Of a stretch of 64,000 bases of DNA, positions 29,651 through 39,600 are shown in pieces (the first letter of the stretch is position 1; each line of letters starts with the position of its first letter). The stretch spans positions 53,233 through 117,232 of the forward strand of contig JANNWY010000214.1 in assembly GCA_031409335.1 (NCBI GenBank), given 5' to 3'. Under the pieces are notes generated by a model, which saw nothing but the letters and a program-made list of their open reading frames with translations, searched no databases and was not told where the DNA came from. Position numbers and translations under genes: made by a program. This DNA is from Chthoniobacteraceae bacterium (lineage in GTDB: Bacteria; Verrucomicrobiota; Verrucomicrobiia; Chthoniobacterales; Chthoniobacteraceae).

Positions 29651-30367
29651 ATGAAGATAACCTTTGCCAGCCTGCTCACCGGCATTGCGCTCGCGCTCGC
29701 CGCGATGGCCGGGGACGCGCCGCCGCCCGCCAAGCCCGTCGTGCGCGAGGTTTCGCCCGGCATTTACCAGGTCGGTAAAGTGCGGCTTGATCAAAAGGCG
29801 CTGAGCATTGCCTTTCCCGGAAAGCTGAACATGAAGCGGGGGCTGCTCGAATACCTGCTCGTCAACCCGAAAGGCAGCGCCCACGAAAGCCTGCTCGTAA
29901 CCGATGTGGAGGCGAACGACATCCATGTGGCCATGCTGCTGCTCGGGGCCAAGGGCGGGGCCATCACTGCCGAGGCCCCGCCGGCGCAACTCGATGCACA
30001 CTATTTTCGCACCGCGCCGAAGCTCACGGGAGATACCGTTTTCATCACCGTGAAATGGAAGGAGAAAGACGTGGAAAAGACCGTGCCCATTGAGGGATGG
30101 CTCGTCAACGCGGCGCGGAAGCCTGTCGAGCACGGGGCTTGGATATACAATGGTTCGATGCTCTACGAAGGGCGCTTCCTCGCGCAGGCCGAGGGCAATC
30201 TCGTCGCGCTGGTCACCAGCCCCACCGCGTTGATCAACAACCCTCGCAAGGGTAACGACAACGACCAGATGTGGAACGTGAACGAAGAGGCGACGCCGGG
30301 AGAAAGCACGCCCGTCGAAATCATCTTCAAGCTCGTCCCGCCCGCCGCTCCCAAACCCAGCAAGTAA
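29651..30367 (+). CDS. Exported YdjY-like domain protein
   Basis: Signal peptide; LEYLLV...GSAHESLL...IHVAMLLLG and WIYNGS motifs. Confidence 0.7.
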   Translation: MKITFASLLTGIALALAAMAGDAPPPAKPVVREVSPGIYQVGKVRLDQKALSIAFPGKLNMKRGLLEYLLVNPKGSAHESLLVTDVEANDIHVAMLLLGAKGGAITAEAPPAQLDAHYFRTAPKLTGDTVFITVKWKEKDVEKTVPIEGWLVNAARKPVEHGAWIYNGSMLYEGRFLAQAEGNLVALVTSPTALINNPRKGNDNDQMWNVNEEATPGESTPVEIIFKLVPPAAPKPSK

Positions 30368-30439
30368 GCCATGAGAGCACCGCTCATTCTGCACTCCGCC
30401 GCTGCGTTGCACGCACCCATTCCCGAGCGGGTCTTTCTA

Positions 30440-30601
30440 TTGAAAATGTGGGTCGGGCGTGTGCTCGAAGAGGTGTTCCAGTTGTGCTCAATTTCACGTC
30501 GGCGTGCGTTCTTACGCCAAGACGGCGCGGCAGTTTGCTGCTATTTTGCACGGTGCATCCGTGTCAGCCAAGCTCCTGTTGCTGTGCATAGAAATCGCCC
30601 G
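30440..30601 (+). promoter_or_regulatory. Copy of the araC-promoter module upstream of the DUF6288-like gene
   Basis: 30481-30576 aligns ungapped to 53793-53888 (about 65/96 by hand). 30440-30481 matches araC coding sequence at about 53696-53738. Confidence 0.75.
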
Positions 30602-30625
30602 ACCCACAAATTCCCTCACCCAAAT

Positions 30626-33600
30626 ATGATGAATACAATCTATCGGTATGCCGCGGCTGCGGCGATGGCGCTGCTGATCGCCTTTCCTGTTTTGGCGCAG
30701 GCCTATTCTCCGAATCCCGATCTCACGGTGGCCGGCGCGATCGCCGCGCTGAAAGTCGATCCTAACAGCTCACACCTTTACGCGGAGACTTACAATCTCG
30801 GGGCCACCGGGCTGCGTGGGTGGATTTACCTCGACCCGAATAACGCGGGGCAGCAGGGGCTGCAGACTGCGCCGAGTCGGCAGATTCTGGTCACGGTGGC
30901 GAGCACGCCAGGGAGCGCCGTGCTGGCGGTGGATGACGTGATTCTCGGAGCGATGGCGGCGAGCAGCGGTGCGGTGCCTCTCTTTACCAGTGATTGCCGC
31001 AAGGCCTTCGGCGTGGCGATCGGCGATGCCGAGAAGACGGGGGCCGGCACGCTGCGAGTCAAACGCTGGCGCGCGGGCACCACCACCGATGTGAACATAG
31101 CCATGACCATCATGGGCGATTACACGGCCACTGCTCCCTACTCGTGCCCGAAATCCGCACTAGTTTTGGCTAATGCCCGCGACTATCTCGTCAGCCAGCT
31201 CATCGCTAACGCGAACTTTCTGACCAATGACTATGCCGGTGCCATCAAAGGTCTGGCGCTCCTGGCTGGCGTGGATCCTGGGGATCCTAACTACGCCACA
31301 GTGCAGACCCGCTTGCAGACCTTTGCCCGCGCGCTGGCTCCCGCAAATTTGGCTCTGACGGGCTGCAACACCTGGCAGTGGAGTTACATCAATATTTTCC
31401 TCAGTGAGTATTACCTGCGCACTGTCGCGGACGGCAGCGCCGACGCGAGCGTGCTGCATGGGATCAACGAATACACCGTCGCCTTAGCCAAAGGGCAAAG
31501 TAAGTATGGCACCTTCGGCCACGGCGGGGCGGAGCAGCACGCCGATGGCAGTTTGCATGGCTCGATCTCTTGGTATGGCCCGGTGAACGCGGCGGGCATC
31601 CCCGCCAATGTCGCCATCGTCATGGGTAAAAAGGTGCTGGTGGCAAGCGGCGGCGCGGTGGACCCGGAAATCGATCCGGCCATTGAGCGCGGGTCCAATT
31701 TCTTCGGCTCGTATGTCAACAAAGGGCCGATCCCCTACGGCGAACACGAGCCTTATGCCGATGGTCATGCCTCCAACGGCAAGGACCCGATGTGCGCCGT
31801 GCTGTTCGGTTTGCAGGCGAGTCGCCCTGTGGAAGCGGAGTATTTCACCCGCATGACCGTGGCGGGCTGCACCGGCCGCGAGTATGGCCACACCGGCCAG
31901 GGCTTCAGCTACCTGTGGGGAGCCATGGGCGCCAATATGGGCGGGCCGACGGCGGTGGCGAAATACCTGGAGAATATCCGCTGGCACCTCGATCTGGAGC
32001 GCCGCACCGATGGCTCGTTTGTCTATGACGGCGCCGAGCAATACGGCGGGGGCACGACCTCCGGCGGCACCTATCTGGGATCGAGCGGCTACTACGGTGT
32101 GAATCCCACGGCCAGCTACATTCTCACGTATGCTCTGCCGTTGCAGCGGCTCTACATCACCGGAAGAAACGCCATTCCGGCCAATACCCTGAGCGCGGCC
32201 AAAGTGACCAACGCCATGGCCGCCGCGACCTACAAGCAGGACTGCACTGCCTACACCGTGACCCAGTTGATGACGGCATTGAGCGAGTATGATCCGGTGG
32301 TGCGGCTCTACGTGGCCACAGAACTGGCCGCGCGCACCTTGACGACGCCGGAGGTGAACACTTTGATCGCCCTCATCACCAACGGCACCATGAGCACCGA
32401 TGCGAACGTGCGTCAGGGTGCCTGTCAAACGCTGGGCATTCGCCAGACGAGCGGTGCCTTGGCGGCGCTGGGCCAGCGGCTTTCCGATTCGGACCTGTGG
32501 GTGCGTGGTCAAGCGGCCAAAGCCTTGAAAAATTTCGGCTCGGTGGCGAATCCGCAACTAACTCCGATGCTCACGGCGTTCGCCGCCAACGCGACGGACC
32601 CGAATGTCATCGTATGGAACGACCCCATCCAGATTGCCAACGGCTACTTGGCCGATGCTCTTTTCCGAACACTGCCCACCTACACCATCGCGGCGGCCAA
32701 AAGCCTGCTCTGGCCGGCAGTGGAGGCCGGCTTGAAACAGCCGGACGGGATGGCGCGGTCCTATCTGGGAAGCTTTATCAAAAACCGTCTGACCTTGGCG
32801 GACGTTCAGGCGGTGGCGCCGAGCATCGTTGACGCCATCGCGGAGCGGTCGCCGGCGGATCGGATGTTCAGTGACTCCATCCGGTACGATGGGTTGAGCA
32901 CTCTCGGGAAATATAAGATCGAAGAGGGCATTCCCTTGTGCCTGATGGTGAAGGAGCAAGCCTGGCATAGCGATAGTTGGGTGCCATTTGACCTCTTGCA
33001 GAACACGTATCGGGGGGCGGCGAGAGACGCGCTGCCCACGCTCTACAAGTGGCAGGCCCATTTGCCCCAGTTTGACGCAGACCCTTCTATCGGCGACACC
33101 CGGCTGGCGAATATCACGGCGAAGATCGCGTCAACCATCGCGGCCATCGAAAACGACAACGCCCCGCCCACGCTGACTTATTTCAAGAGCCTGACTGCAA
33201 GTGCGAGCCCGGCCGTGGTCGCTTTGCCTGCGGGCAGCACCACCGTCAGCGCCGTGCTGACGGACATCGACTTGGGGCCGCCGAACTTTATCTGGAGCAA
33301 GGTGAGCGGAGCGGGGGCGGTAACGTTCAATCCCACTGGCACGACAGCCAGTGCCAGCAGCAGCGCGGCGTTCAATACGCCGGGCACCTACAAATTGAGG
33401 GTGACGGCGGTGGATCGTTCCATCCTAGATTACAACCTCTGGATCACGTATTCACTCGGCTATTTTGATTTTCAGACCTACAACGAGATTCTTGGCGCGG
33501 TAACCAAGGATGTAACCGTGACGGTCAGCGCGGATCCCAATCGCGCGCCGGTTCCCCTGAACCAGAGCGCCACCACCCCGCTCAACACAGCCACGGCCAT

Positions 33601-36600
33601 CACCCTGATGGCGACGGATGCCGATGGTGACGCCTTTACTTATGCAATCGTGAGCGCGCCGACGCATGGCACACTTTTGGGGACGCCCCCGAACTTGGTT
33701 TACGCACCCGCGACGAATTACACGGGCTTGGATAGTTTTACCTTCAAAGCCAGGGACGGCAAAGTGGATTCTGCCGCAGGCACGGTCACCATTGATGTAG
33801 GCGTGGGTGGCAACCGCCGTCCGGTGGCGGCGAACCAGTGGGCGACGACTCCCGAAGAAGCGGCCAAAGTTCTCACCCTCACTGGGACCGATCCCGACGG
33901 CAATGCTCTCATCTATGACCTCGTGACCGGGCCGACCCGCGGCACCCTGACCGGAACCCCGCCGAATCTGACCTATCAGCCCGCGGCCAGCTACCCGGCG
34001 GTGAACTTCAACGGGACGGACAGCTTTACCTTCACGGTGCGCGACGCGTCGCTGACCAGCGCGTTGGCGACGGTGAGCATCACGGTGACACCGCTCAATG
34101 ATGCTCCGCAGGCCACGGCGCAAAGTGTGAACGCATCCGTGAACGTGGCAAACCCCATTACTCTGGCGGGTGCCGATGCGGAAAGCTACGGGTTGCTCTA
34201 CACGGTCGTGACCTATCCCAGCCACGGCACCCTGTCCGGAAGCGCGCCGAATCTAATCTACCTGCCAACGGCGAATTACCACGGCGCGGACAGCTTTACG
34301 TTCAAGGTAACCGATAGCGAAGGGGTGCTGTCTTCCAGCGCCACGGTCAACATCACGGTCATCAACCATCCGCCGGTGGCCAACGCGCAGACCGTCGAGT
34401 TACAGCCAAACACCAGCAAAGCGATCACCCTGACCGGCAGTGACAATACCAACGATGCTCTGACCTACACCGTGCTCACTCAGCCCACGAATGGCGGTTT
34501 GTCAGGCACGGCACCGAATATCACCTACACGCCGGCGGCTAACTACACCGGGGCCGATAGCTTCACGTTCAGGGTCAATGACGGGGTGAGCAATTCTCCC
34601 GCTGCCACCGTGACGTTGAACGTGGCGCAGTTTCAGACGTGGACGAATATCGCGGCGGGCACCTGGTCAACCGGCGCCAACTGGACGGGCGGCGTCGCCC
34701 CCACTGCGGGCGGCAGCACCACAGGCCTGCTTGTTTTCAATACGAACACCTACTCGGGCACCAGTTCCAACGACCTGGCCGGCACCTTCCAACTGAACCG
34801 GGTGAACTTCGGCATCGTCCTGCCGGCCATGACCGTCAGCGGCAACCCGCTTTCGTTCACCCTGAACAGCGCGACGTTGCCGCAAATCAAACTAGACTGC
34901 GCCAACGATGTCACCATTTCCAACAACCTAACTCTCGCCGCCAGCACGACCGTCGGCGGTACCGGTGCGGGCGATCTGATCCTTTCAGGCATCCTCTCCG
35001 GCGCGGGGAGCGTGACCAAGACCACTAGTGGCAATCTCACGCTCTCCGGCGTGAACACATCCTTCAGCGGAGGCACCGTGGTGAGCAGTGGCACCTTTAC
35101 GATTGGCAATAAGAACGGCTGCGGCCCCTTGATCGGTGCCGGGGCCATCACGCTGGCTGCGGGCACCACCTTTCAACAGGCCAATTTTGAAGGCAACTCC
35201 TCGGCTGGAGAGCTGCCCAATGCGCTCGTGCTGAGCGGAAGTGGGAATGTGATTTTCAATATGCCGTTTGGTGGCGCCAAAGACATCTGGCTAAGTAAGC
35301 CAGTCTCGGGCACCGGCGGCATAAGGGTTCAGGGCGGCACCCGGACCCTGACCCTGACCGCCAGCAATTCCTTCAGTGGCGGCATCACCCTCGGTGACTA
35401 TAACAACAGGGTCGTGATTTCTCATCTCAGCGCGCTTGGGACGGGGACTTTCCGATCTGAACGCACCACGGCTGGTTCGGGAAGACTGGATACCGCCGCT
35501 GCTCTCACGTCCGGCTCCGGCGTAACGAACGCGTTCGATATTGCGGCAGGTTGCTATCTCAATGTGTATGCCAACAGCACAAGCCACCTGCTGCTCTCCG
35601 GCCCGATCACCAGCGCGGACGGCACGGGCAGCCTGTATAAAGACGGAACGGCTACGCTGACCCTTTCTGGCGTGAACACCTACACCGGCACGACCACCGT
35701 CGCTGCCGGAATACTCGCCTGCTCCAGCGCCACCGCGCTGGGACAGGGGTCTGTGGCGATCAGCAGTGGAGCGAAACTGAACTTGAATTTCATTGGCACG
35801 CGGCAGGTCGCAACCATGTCTCTCGCCGGCGTCGCGCAGGCTAACGGCACCTATGGCTCCACATCCTCTCCGGCGGCTAACCAGAACAACACCTATTTTA
35901 CAGGCACTGGCACGCTGACCGTCGGCTCTTTTGTCACAGCCACGACCGTGACTAGCAATCTTAACCCGGCCACCCTGGGTGCCACCGTGACCTTCACCAC
36001 CACCGTGACCGGCGGCTCTCCGACGGGCAATGTGACCTTCTATGACGGTGCCGCGGCCTTGGGCACAAGCGCCTTGAACGGCAGCTTCCAAGCCACCTTC
36101 AGCAGTTCCAACCTCACGGCTGGAACGCACAGCATCACCGCGCAGTATGTGGGAAACGCCAATTACGCCGCCAGCACTTCCACGGCACTTAGCCAGGTGA
36201 TCGTGCTGCCGCCCTTTGAAGCCTGGGCCGCAGCTCCCGCACAAGGGCTGACGGTGGGTGTGAACAACGGGCCGATGGACGATCCCGAACGCGATGGCCT
36301 TACCAACCTGATGGAGTTCACCCTCAGCGGCGCACCAGCGATTTCCTCGTCGGCCCTTCTGCCAAAGCTAACCCGGAGCGGAAACAACTGGCTCTTTGAG
36401 TATGACCGAAGCGATCTGTCGCTACCCATCACCGCGCAGGTGGTGGAATACGGCAGCGACGTAGCCACTTGGACGACGGTGGCGATTCCCGCGACCAGTT
36501 TGGGCTCGGTGACGATCACCCCCGGCAGTCCTTTCGATCATGTGACCGTCACCATCCCGAGTCCGGGAGCCAAGGGTTTCGTCCGCCTCAAGGTCACGAA

Positions 36601-36604
36601 GTAG
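30626..36604 (+). CDS. Large secreted protein: DUF6288-like domain, HEAT-like repeats, tandem Ig/cadherin-like repeats, autotransporter repeats, C-terminal domain
   Basis: Signal peptide from MMNTIYRY; YNLGATGLRGWI; repeated P.HGTL.G..PNL.Y.P..NY.G.DSFTF; ends FVRLKVTK. Confidence 0.85.
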   Translation: MMNTIYRYAAAAAMALLIAFPVLAQAYSPNPDLTVAGAIAALKVDPNSSHLYAETYNLGATGLRGWIYLDPNNAGQQGLQTAPSRQILVTVASTPGSAVLAVDDVILGAMAASSGAVPLFTSDCRKAFGVAIGDAEKTGAGTLRVKRWRAGTTTDVNIAMTIMGDYTATAPYSCPKSALVLANARDYLVSQLIANANFLTNDYAGAIKGLALLAGVDPGDPNYATVQTRLQTFARALAPANLALTGCNTWQWSYINIFLSEYYLRTVADGSADASVLHGINEYTVALAKGQSKYGTFGHGGAEQHADGSLHGSISWYGPVNAAGIPANVAIVMGKKVLVASGGAVDPEIDPAIERGSNFFGSYVNKGPIPYGEHEPYADGHASNGKDPMCAVLFGLQASRPVEAEYFTRMTVAGCTGREYGHTGQGFSYLWGAMGANMGGPTAVAKYLENIRWHLDLERRTDGSFVYDGAEQYGGGTTSGGTYLGSSGYYGVNPTASYILTYALPLQRLYITGRNAIPANTLSAAKVTNAMAAATYKQDCTAYTVTQLMTALSEYDPVVRLYVATELAARTLTTPEVNTLIALITNGTMSTDANVRQGACQTLGIRQTSGALAALGQRLSDSDLWVRGQAAKALKNFGSVANPQLTPMLTAFAANATDPNVIVWNDPIQIANGYLADALFRTLPTYTIAAAKSLLWPAVEAGLKQPDGMARSYLGSFIKNRLTLADVQAVAPSIVDAIAERSPADRMFSDSIRYDGLSTLGKYKIEEGIPLCLMVKEQAWHSDSWVPFDLLQNTYRGAARDALPTLYKWQAHLPQFDADPSIGDTRLANITAKIASTIAAIENDNAPPTLTYFKSLTASASPAVVALPAGSTTVSAVLTDIDLGPPNFIWSKVSGAGAVTFNPTGTTASASSSAAFNTPGTYKLRVTAVDRSILDYNLWITYSLGYFDFQTYNEILGAVTKDVTVTVSADPNRAPVPLNQSATTPLNTATAITLMATDADGDAFTYAIVSAPTHGTLLGTPPNLVYAPATNYTGLDSFTFKARDGKVDSAAGTVTIDVGVGGNRRPVAANQWATTPEEAAKVLTLTGTDPDGNALIYDLVTGPTRGTLTGTPPNLTYQPAASYPAVNFNGTDSFTFTVRDASLTSALATVSITVTPLNDAPQATAQSVNASVNVANPITLAGADAESYGLLYTVVTYPSHGTLSGSAPNLIYLPTANYHGADSFTFKVTDSEGVLSSSATVNITVINHPPVANAQTVELQPNTSKAITLTGSDNTNDALTYTVLTQPTNGGLSGTAPNITYTPAANYTGADSFTFRVNDGVSNSPAATVTLNVAQFQTWTNIAAGTWSTGANWTGGVAPTAGGSTTGLLVFNTNTYSGTSSNDLAGTFQLNRVNFGIVLPAMTVSGNPLSFTLNSATLPQIKLDCANDVTISNNLTLAASTTVGGTGAGDLILSGILSGAGSVTKTTSGNLTLSGVNTSFSGGTVVSSGTFTIGNKNGCGPLIGAGAITLAAGTTFQQANFEGNSSAGELPNALVLSGSGNVIFNMPFGGAKDIWLSKPVSGTGGIRVQGGTRTLTLTASNSFSGGITLGDYNNRVVISHLSALGTGTFRSERTTAGSGRLDTAAALTSGSGVTNAFDIAAGCYLNVYANSTSHLLLSGPITSADGTGSLYKDGTATLTLSGVNTYTGTTTVAAGILACSSATALGQGSVAISSGAKLNLNFIGTRQVATMSLAGVAQANGTYGSTSSPAANQNNTYFTGTGTLTVGSFVTATTVTSNLNPATLGATVTFTTTVTGGSPTGNVTFYDGAAALGTSALNGSFQATFSSSNLTAGTHSITAQYVGNANYAASTSTALSQVIVLPPFEAWAAAPAQGLTVGVNNGPMDDPERDGLTNLMEFTLSGAPAISSSALLPKLTRSGNNWLFEYDRSDLSLPITAQVVEYGSDVATWTTVAIPATSLGSVTITPGSPFDHVTVTIPSPGAKGFVRLKVTK

Positions 36605-36653
36605 CCAACGACAAGACTAACATTCACTGGCAGCACGCAATTTATCCGTCTTT

Positions 36654-39600
36654 ATGAACACCCATCCACTTTTCCGCAGCGGCGGACTCATTCCGGAGGC
36701 GTGCTCGAGAACCAGCATGCGAACCCAGCCTGAAAGGCTGCGATTCGACAGCCCAGGGCAACGCCCTGGGTTAGAGTTGCGCGTGGCATCAGCCCTGAAA
36801 GGGCGGGGCATCAAGCTGTCATCGGATTCTTGCGCCTTTTCAGGGCTTGATCCCGTTATTGCCGGGAACCCAGAGCGTTGCCCTGGGCTGTCGAATCGCA
36901 GCCTTTCAGGCCGCAGGCAGAACAGTTTGCAGACACGCTCCAGCATCATTCGCAAGATCGGGGCGGCGATGTTTGTCGTGGTAGTCGCACTGAGCCTGTC
37001 GCAACCGACCGTGTTTGCGGCCACGAGTATCAAACAAAACAACAGCACCAATCTCAACCTTGCGGGAAGCTGGAACTCATTGCCTGGCGCGGCGGACATC
37101 GCGCAGTGGGATGCTACGGTGTTGGCGGCGAATAGTCCGGTGCTCGGTGGGGATGTGAGCTGGCTTGGCTTGAAGATCGTCGGCCCCGGCGGACTGGTCA
37201 CGCTGGGTGCGGGTAATACGCTGACCCTCGGCGCTTCCGGCATCGACCTGAGTACGGCGACGCAAAGCCTGACCCTTAACTGCGGTCTGACCTTGAAGGG
37301 GAAACAAAGCTGGCAGGCCGCGGCGGGGCGCACGCTCAATGTCGCGGGGATATTCACGCGGACGGGCGCGGTGGTGGATTCAACGAATTTCAATGCCTCG
37401 GCGGTGCTCGGCACTTTCACTAATGACGTCTCTGGAATACTAGGTCCGTGGGCGACCACCGGCAGCGGCACCGCGCTGAATTATGCGAAGGCGACGGCGG
37501 GGGCGGTTTCGGCGTTCACCACGCAGACGGCGGCGACGGCGGGCACTTTGGCAAATGTAAGCAATCCGGCGGTGAACTACTCGTTGGCGGCGGCGGCGAC
37601 TTTGACCGGGAATATCAGCGCGAATACGCTGCTCTACTCGGGTGGGTCGAACACGCTGGCGAATGGCGGTTTTACTAGCACGCTGAACGGGCTGCTAAAT
37701 GCGGGGACGGGGGCTATCACCATCGCAGGGACGGGCAACTTAGTTATCGGTGCGAATCGGGAATTAGTCATCGTGACGAATACTCAGGCTGCGACCATTC
37801 TATGTCCGATCGTGAATAACGGCGCGGGCGCATCTTCGCTGACCTTTAGCGGAGGTTCGAGCGGCAGTGGGCTCACGCTCTCGGGCAACAATACCTATAC
37901 GGGCGGAACCACGGTCGTCAGCGGCACGCTTTTCCTCGGCAGCCAGACCGGGCTGGGCACCGGGGCGGTGACCCTGGCGGCGGGGACGACGCTTCAGCAG
38001 ACTAATTTTGAGGGCAACTCGGCGGCGGGCGCGTTGCCGAATGCGTTTGTTTTGAGCGGCATTGGGAATGTGACGCTGAATATGCCGTTCGGCGGAGGGA
38101 AAGATATTTGGCTGAGTCAGGTCGTGTCGGGCACGGGCGGGTTCACGCTGCAAGGCGGGACGCGCGGGCTGACGCTCACTGCGAACAATACTTTTAGCGG
38201 CGGTGTGCGGCTCACGAATGCGGACAACAAGTTGCAGCTTGCGCACGTCAACGGGATGGGGACGGGTGCGTTTCGCTCGGAGCGTTTGTCGGCGAATAGC
38301 GGGCAGCTCATCGCGATTGCGGACCTTTCCGCCGGGGTGCCAAATGCGTTCGATGTCGCGTCGGGAGCGCATCTGAATGTGAACACGAACGGCTTTAATA
38401 TGCTGCTCGCGGGTTCGATTTCGAGCGCGGTGGGCACGGGCAATTTTTACAAAACGGGCACGGGCACGCTGACGCTTTCGGGTGCGAATACTTACACGGG
38501 CGCGACGAAAGTGGCGCAAGGCACGGTGGCGATTTCGAGCGCGGGTTCGCTGGGTGGCGGGGCGCTGGACATCACGACCGGCGCGACGCTGGCGCTGAAT
38601 TTCACAGGCACGCGGCAGGTCTCGGCGCTTACGTTTAATGCGGGCGCGGCGCAGGCGGCGGGCACTTATGGTTCGACGAGTTCCGGCGCGACAAGTCAGA
38701 GCACGTCGTTTTCCGGCACGGGCACGGTGACGGTCGGCGGCGCGGCGTTTGCGGCGACGACGACTACGCTGGCGCTCACGAGCGGCAGCACCCCGGCGGC
38801 GGTCGGCGCGTCGCTCACTTTCACGGCGACGGTGGCGGGCGCTTCGCCGACGGGAAATGTGACGTTCTACGACGGAGTCACGCTGATTGGCACGGTGGCG
38901 CTGAACGGCTCATTTCAAGCGGCTTTCACGACGACCAGCTTGGCGCTCGGAACGCATTCCATCACGGCGCGGTATGCGGGAAATGCGGCGAACAACCCGA
39001 GTGTTTCGGCGGCGATGAGCATTCAAATTTCCAACCCGACGGACATCCTCAGTTTCACTTTTGCGGGGTTGCCGACGCCCACGATTTCGGGGACGAACAT
39101 CACGGTGACGGTGCCTTTTTCCACGAACGTCACGGCGCTCTCGCCCACGTATTCGCTGGCTTCGGGCGGCTCTTGCGTCCCGGCTTCGGGCGCGACTTTG
39201 GATTTCACAGGCCCGCAAAACTACGTCGTCTCGGCGGCGGGATTTGCGGATAAGACTTACACCGTCACGGTGACGAAAGCGGCGGCGAGCACGGCGAAAG
39301 ACATTACGGCGTTTGCGTTTCCCGGACTGCCGGTGACGACGATTGGCGCGAGCACGGTTTCGGTGACGGTGCCGTTCGGAACTTCGGTGTCGAATCTCTC
39401 GCCGACGTATTCGGTTTCCGCGCTGGCTTCGGGCAGTCCGATTTCCGGCACGGCGCGGGATTTTTCGAGCGCACAGACTTACACCATCACGGCGGAGAAC
39501 GGCTCGACGAAAGTCTATACGGTTACGGTCACGATTGCCCCGGCGAGTTCCGCGAATGCGATGCTCACTTGCGACTTCGGCGCACTCGGCTTGGCGACGA

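Noticed and set aside
30141..30149. Inverted copy of the putative integrase arm site (GGATATACA)
   Set aside because: Single 9-mer inside a coding motif (WIYN); compatible with chance.
30371..30625. 85-aa extension of the DUF6288-like ORF
   Set aside because: The region is a promoter-module copy; the signal peptide starts at 30626.
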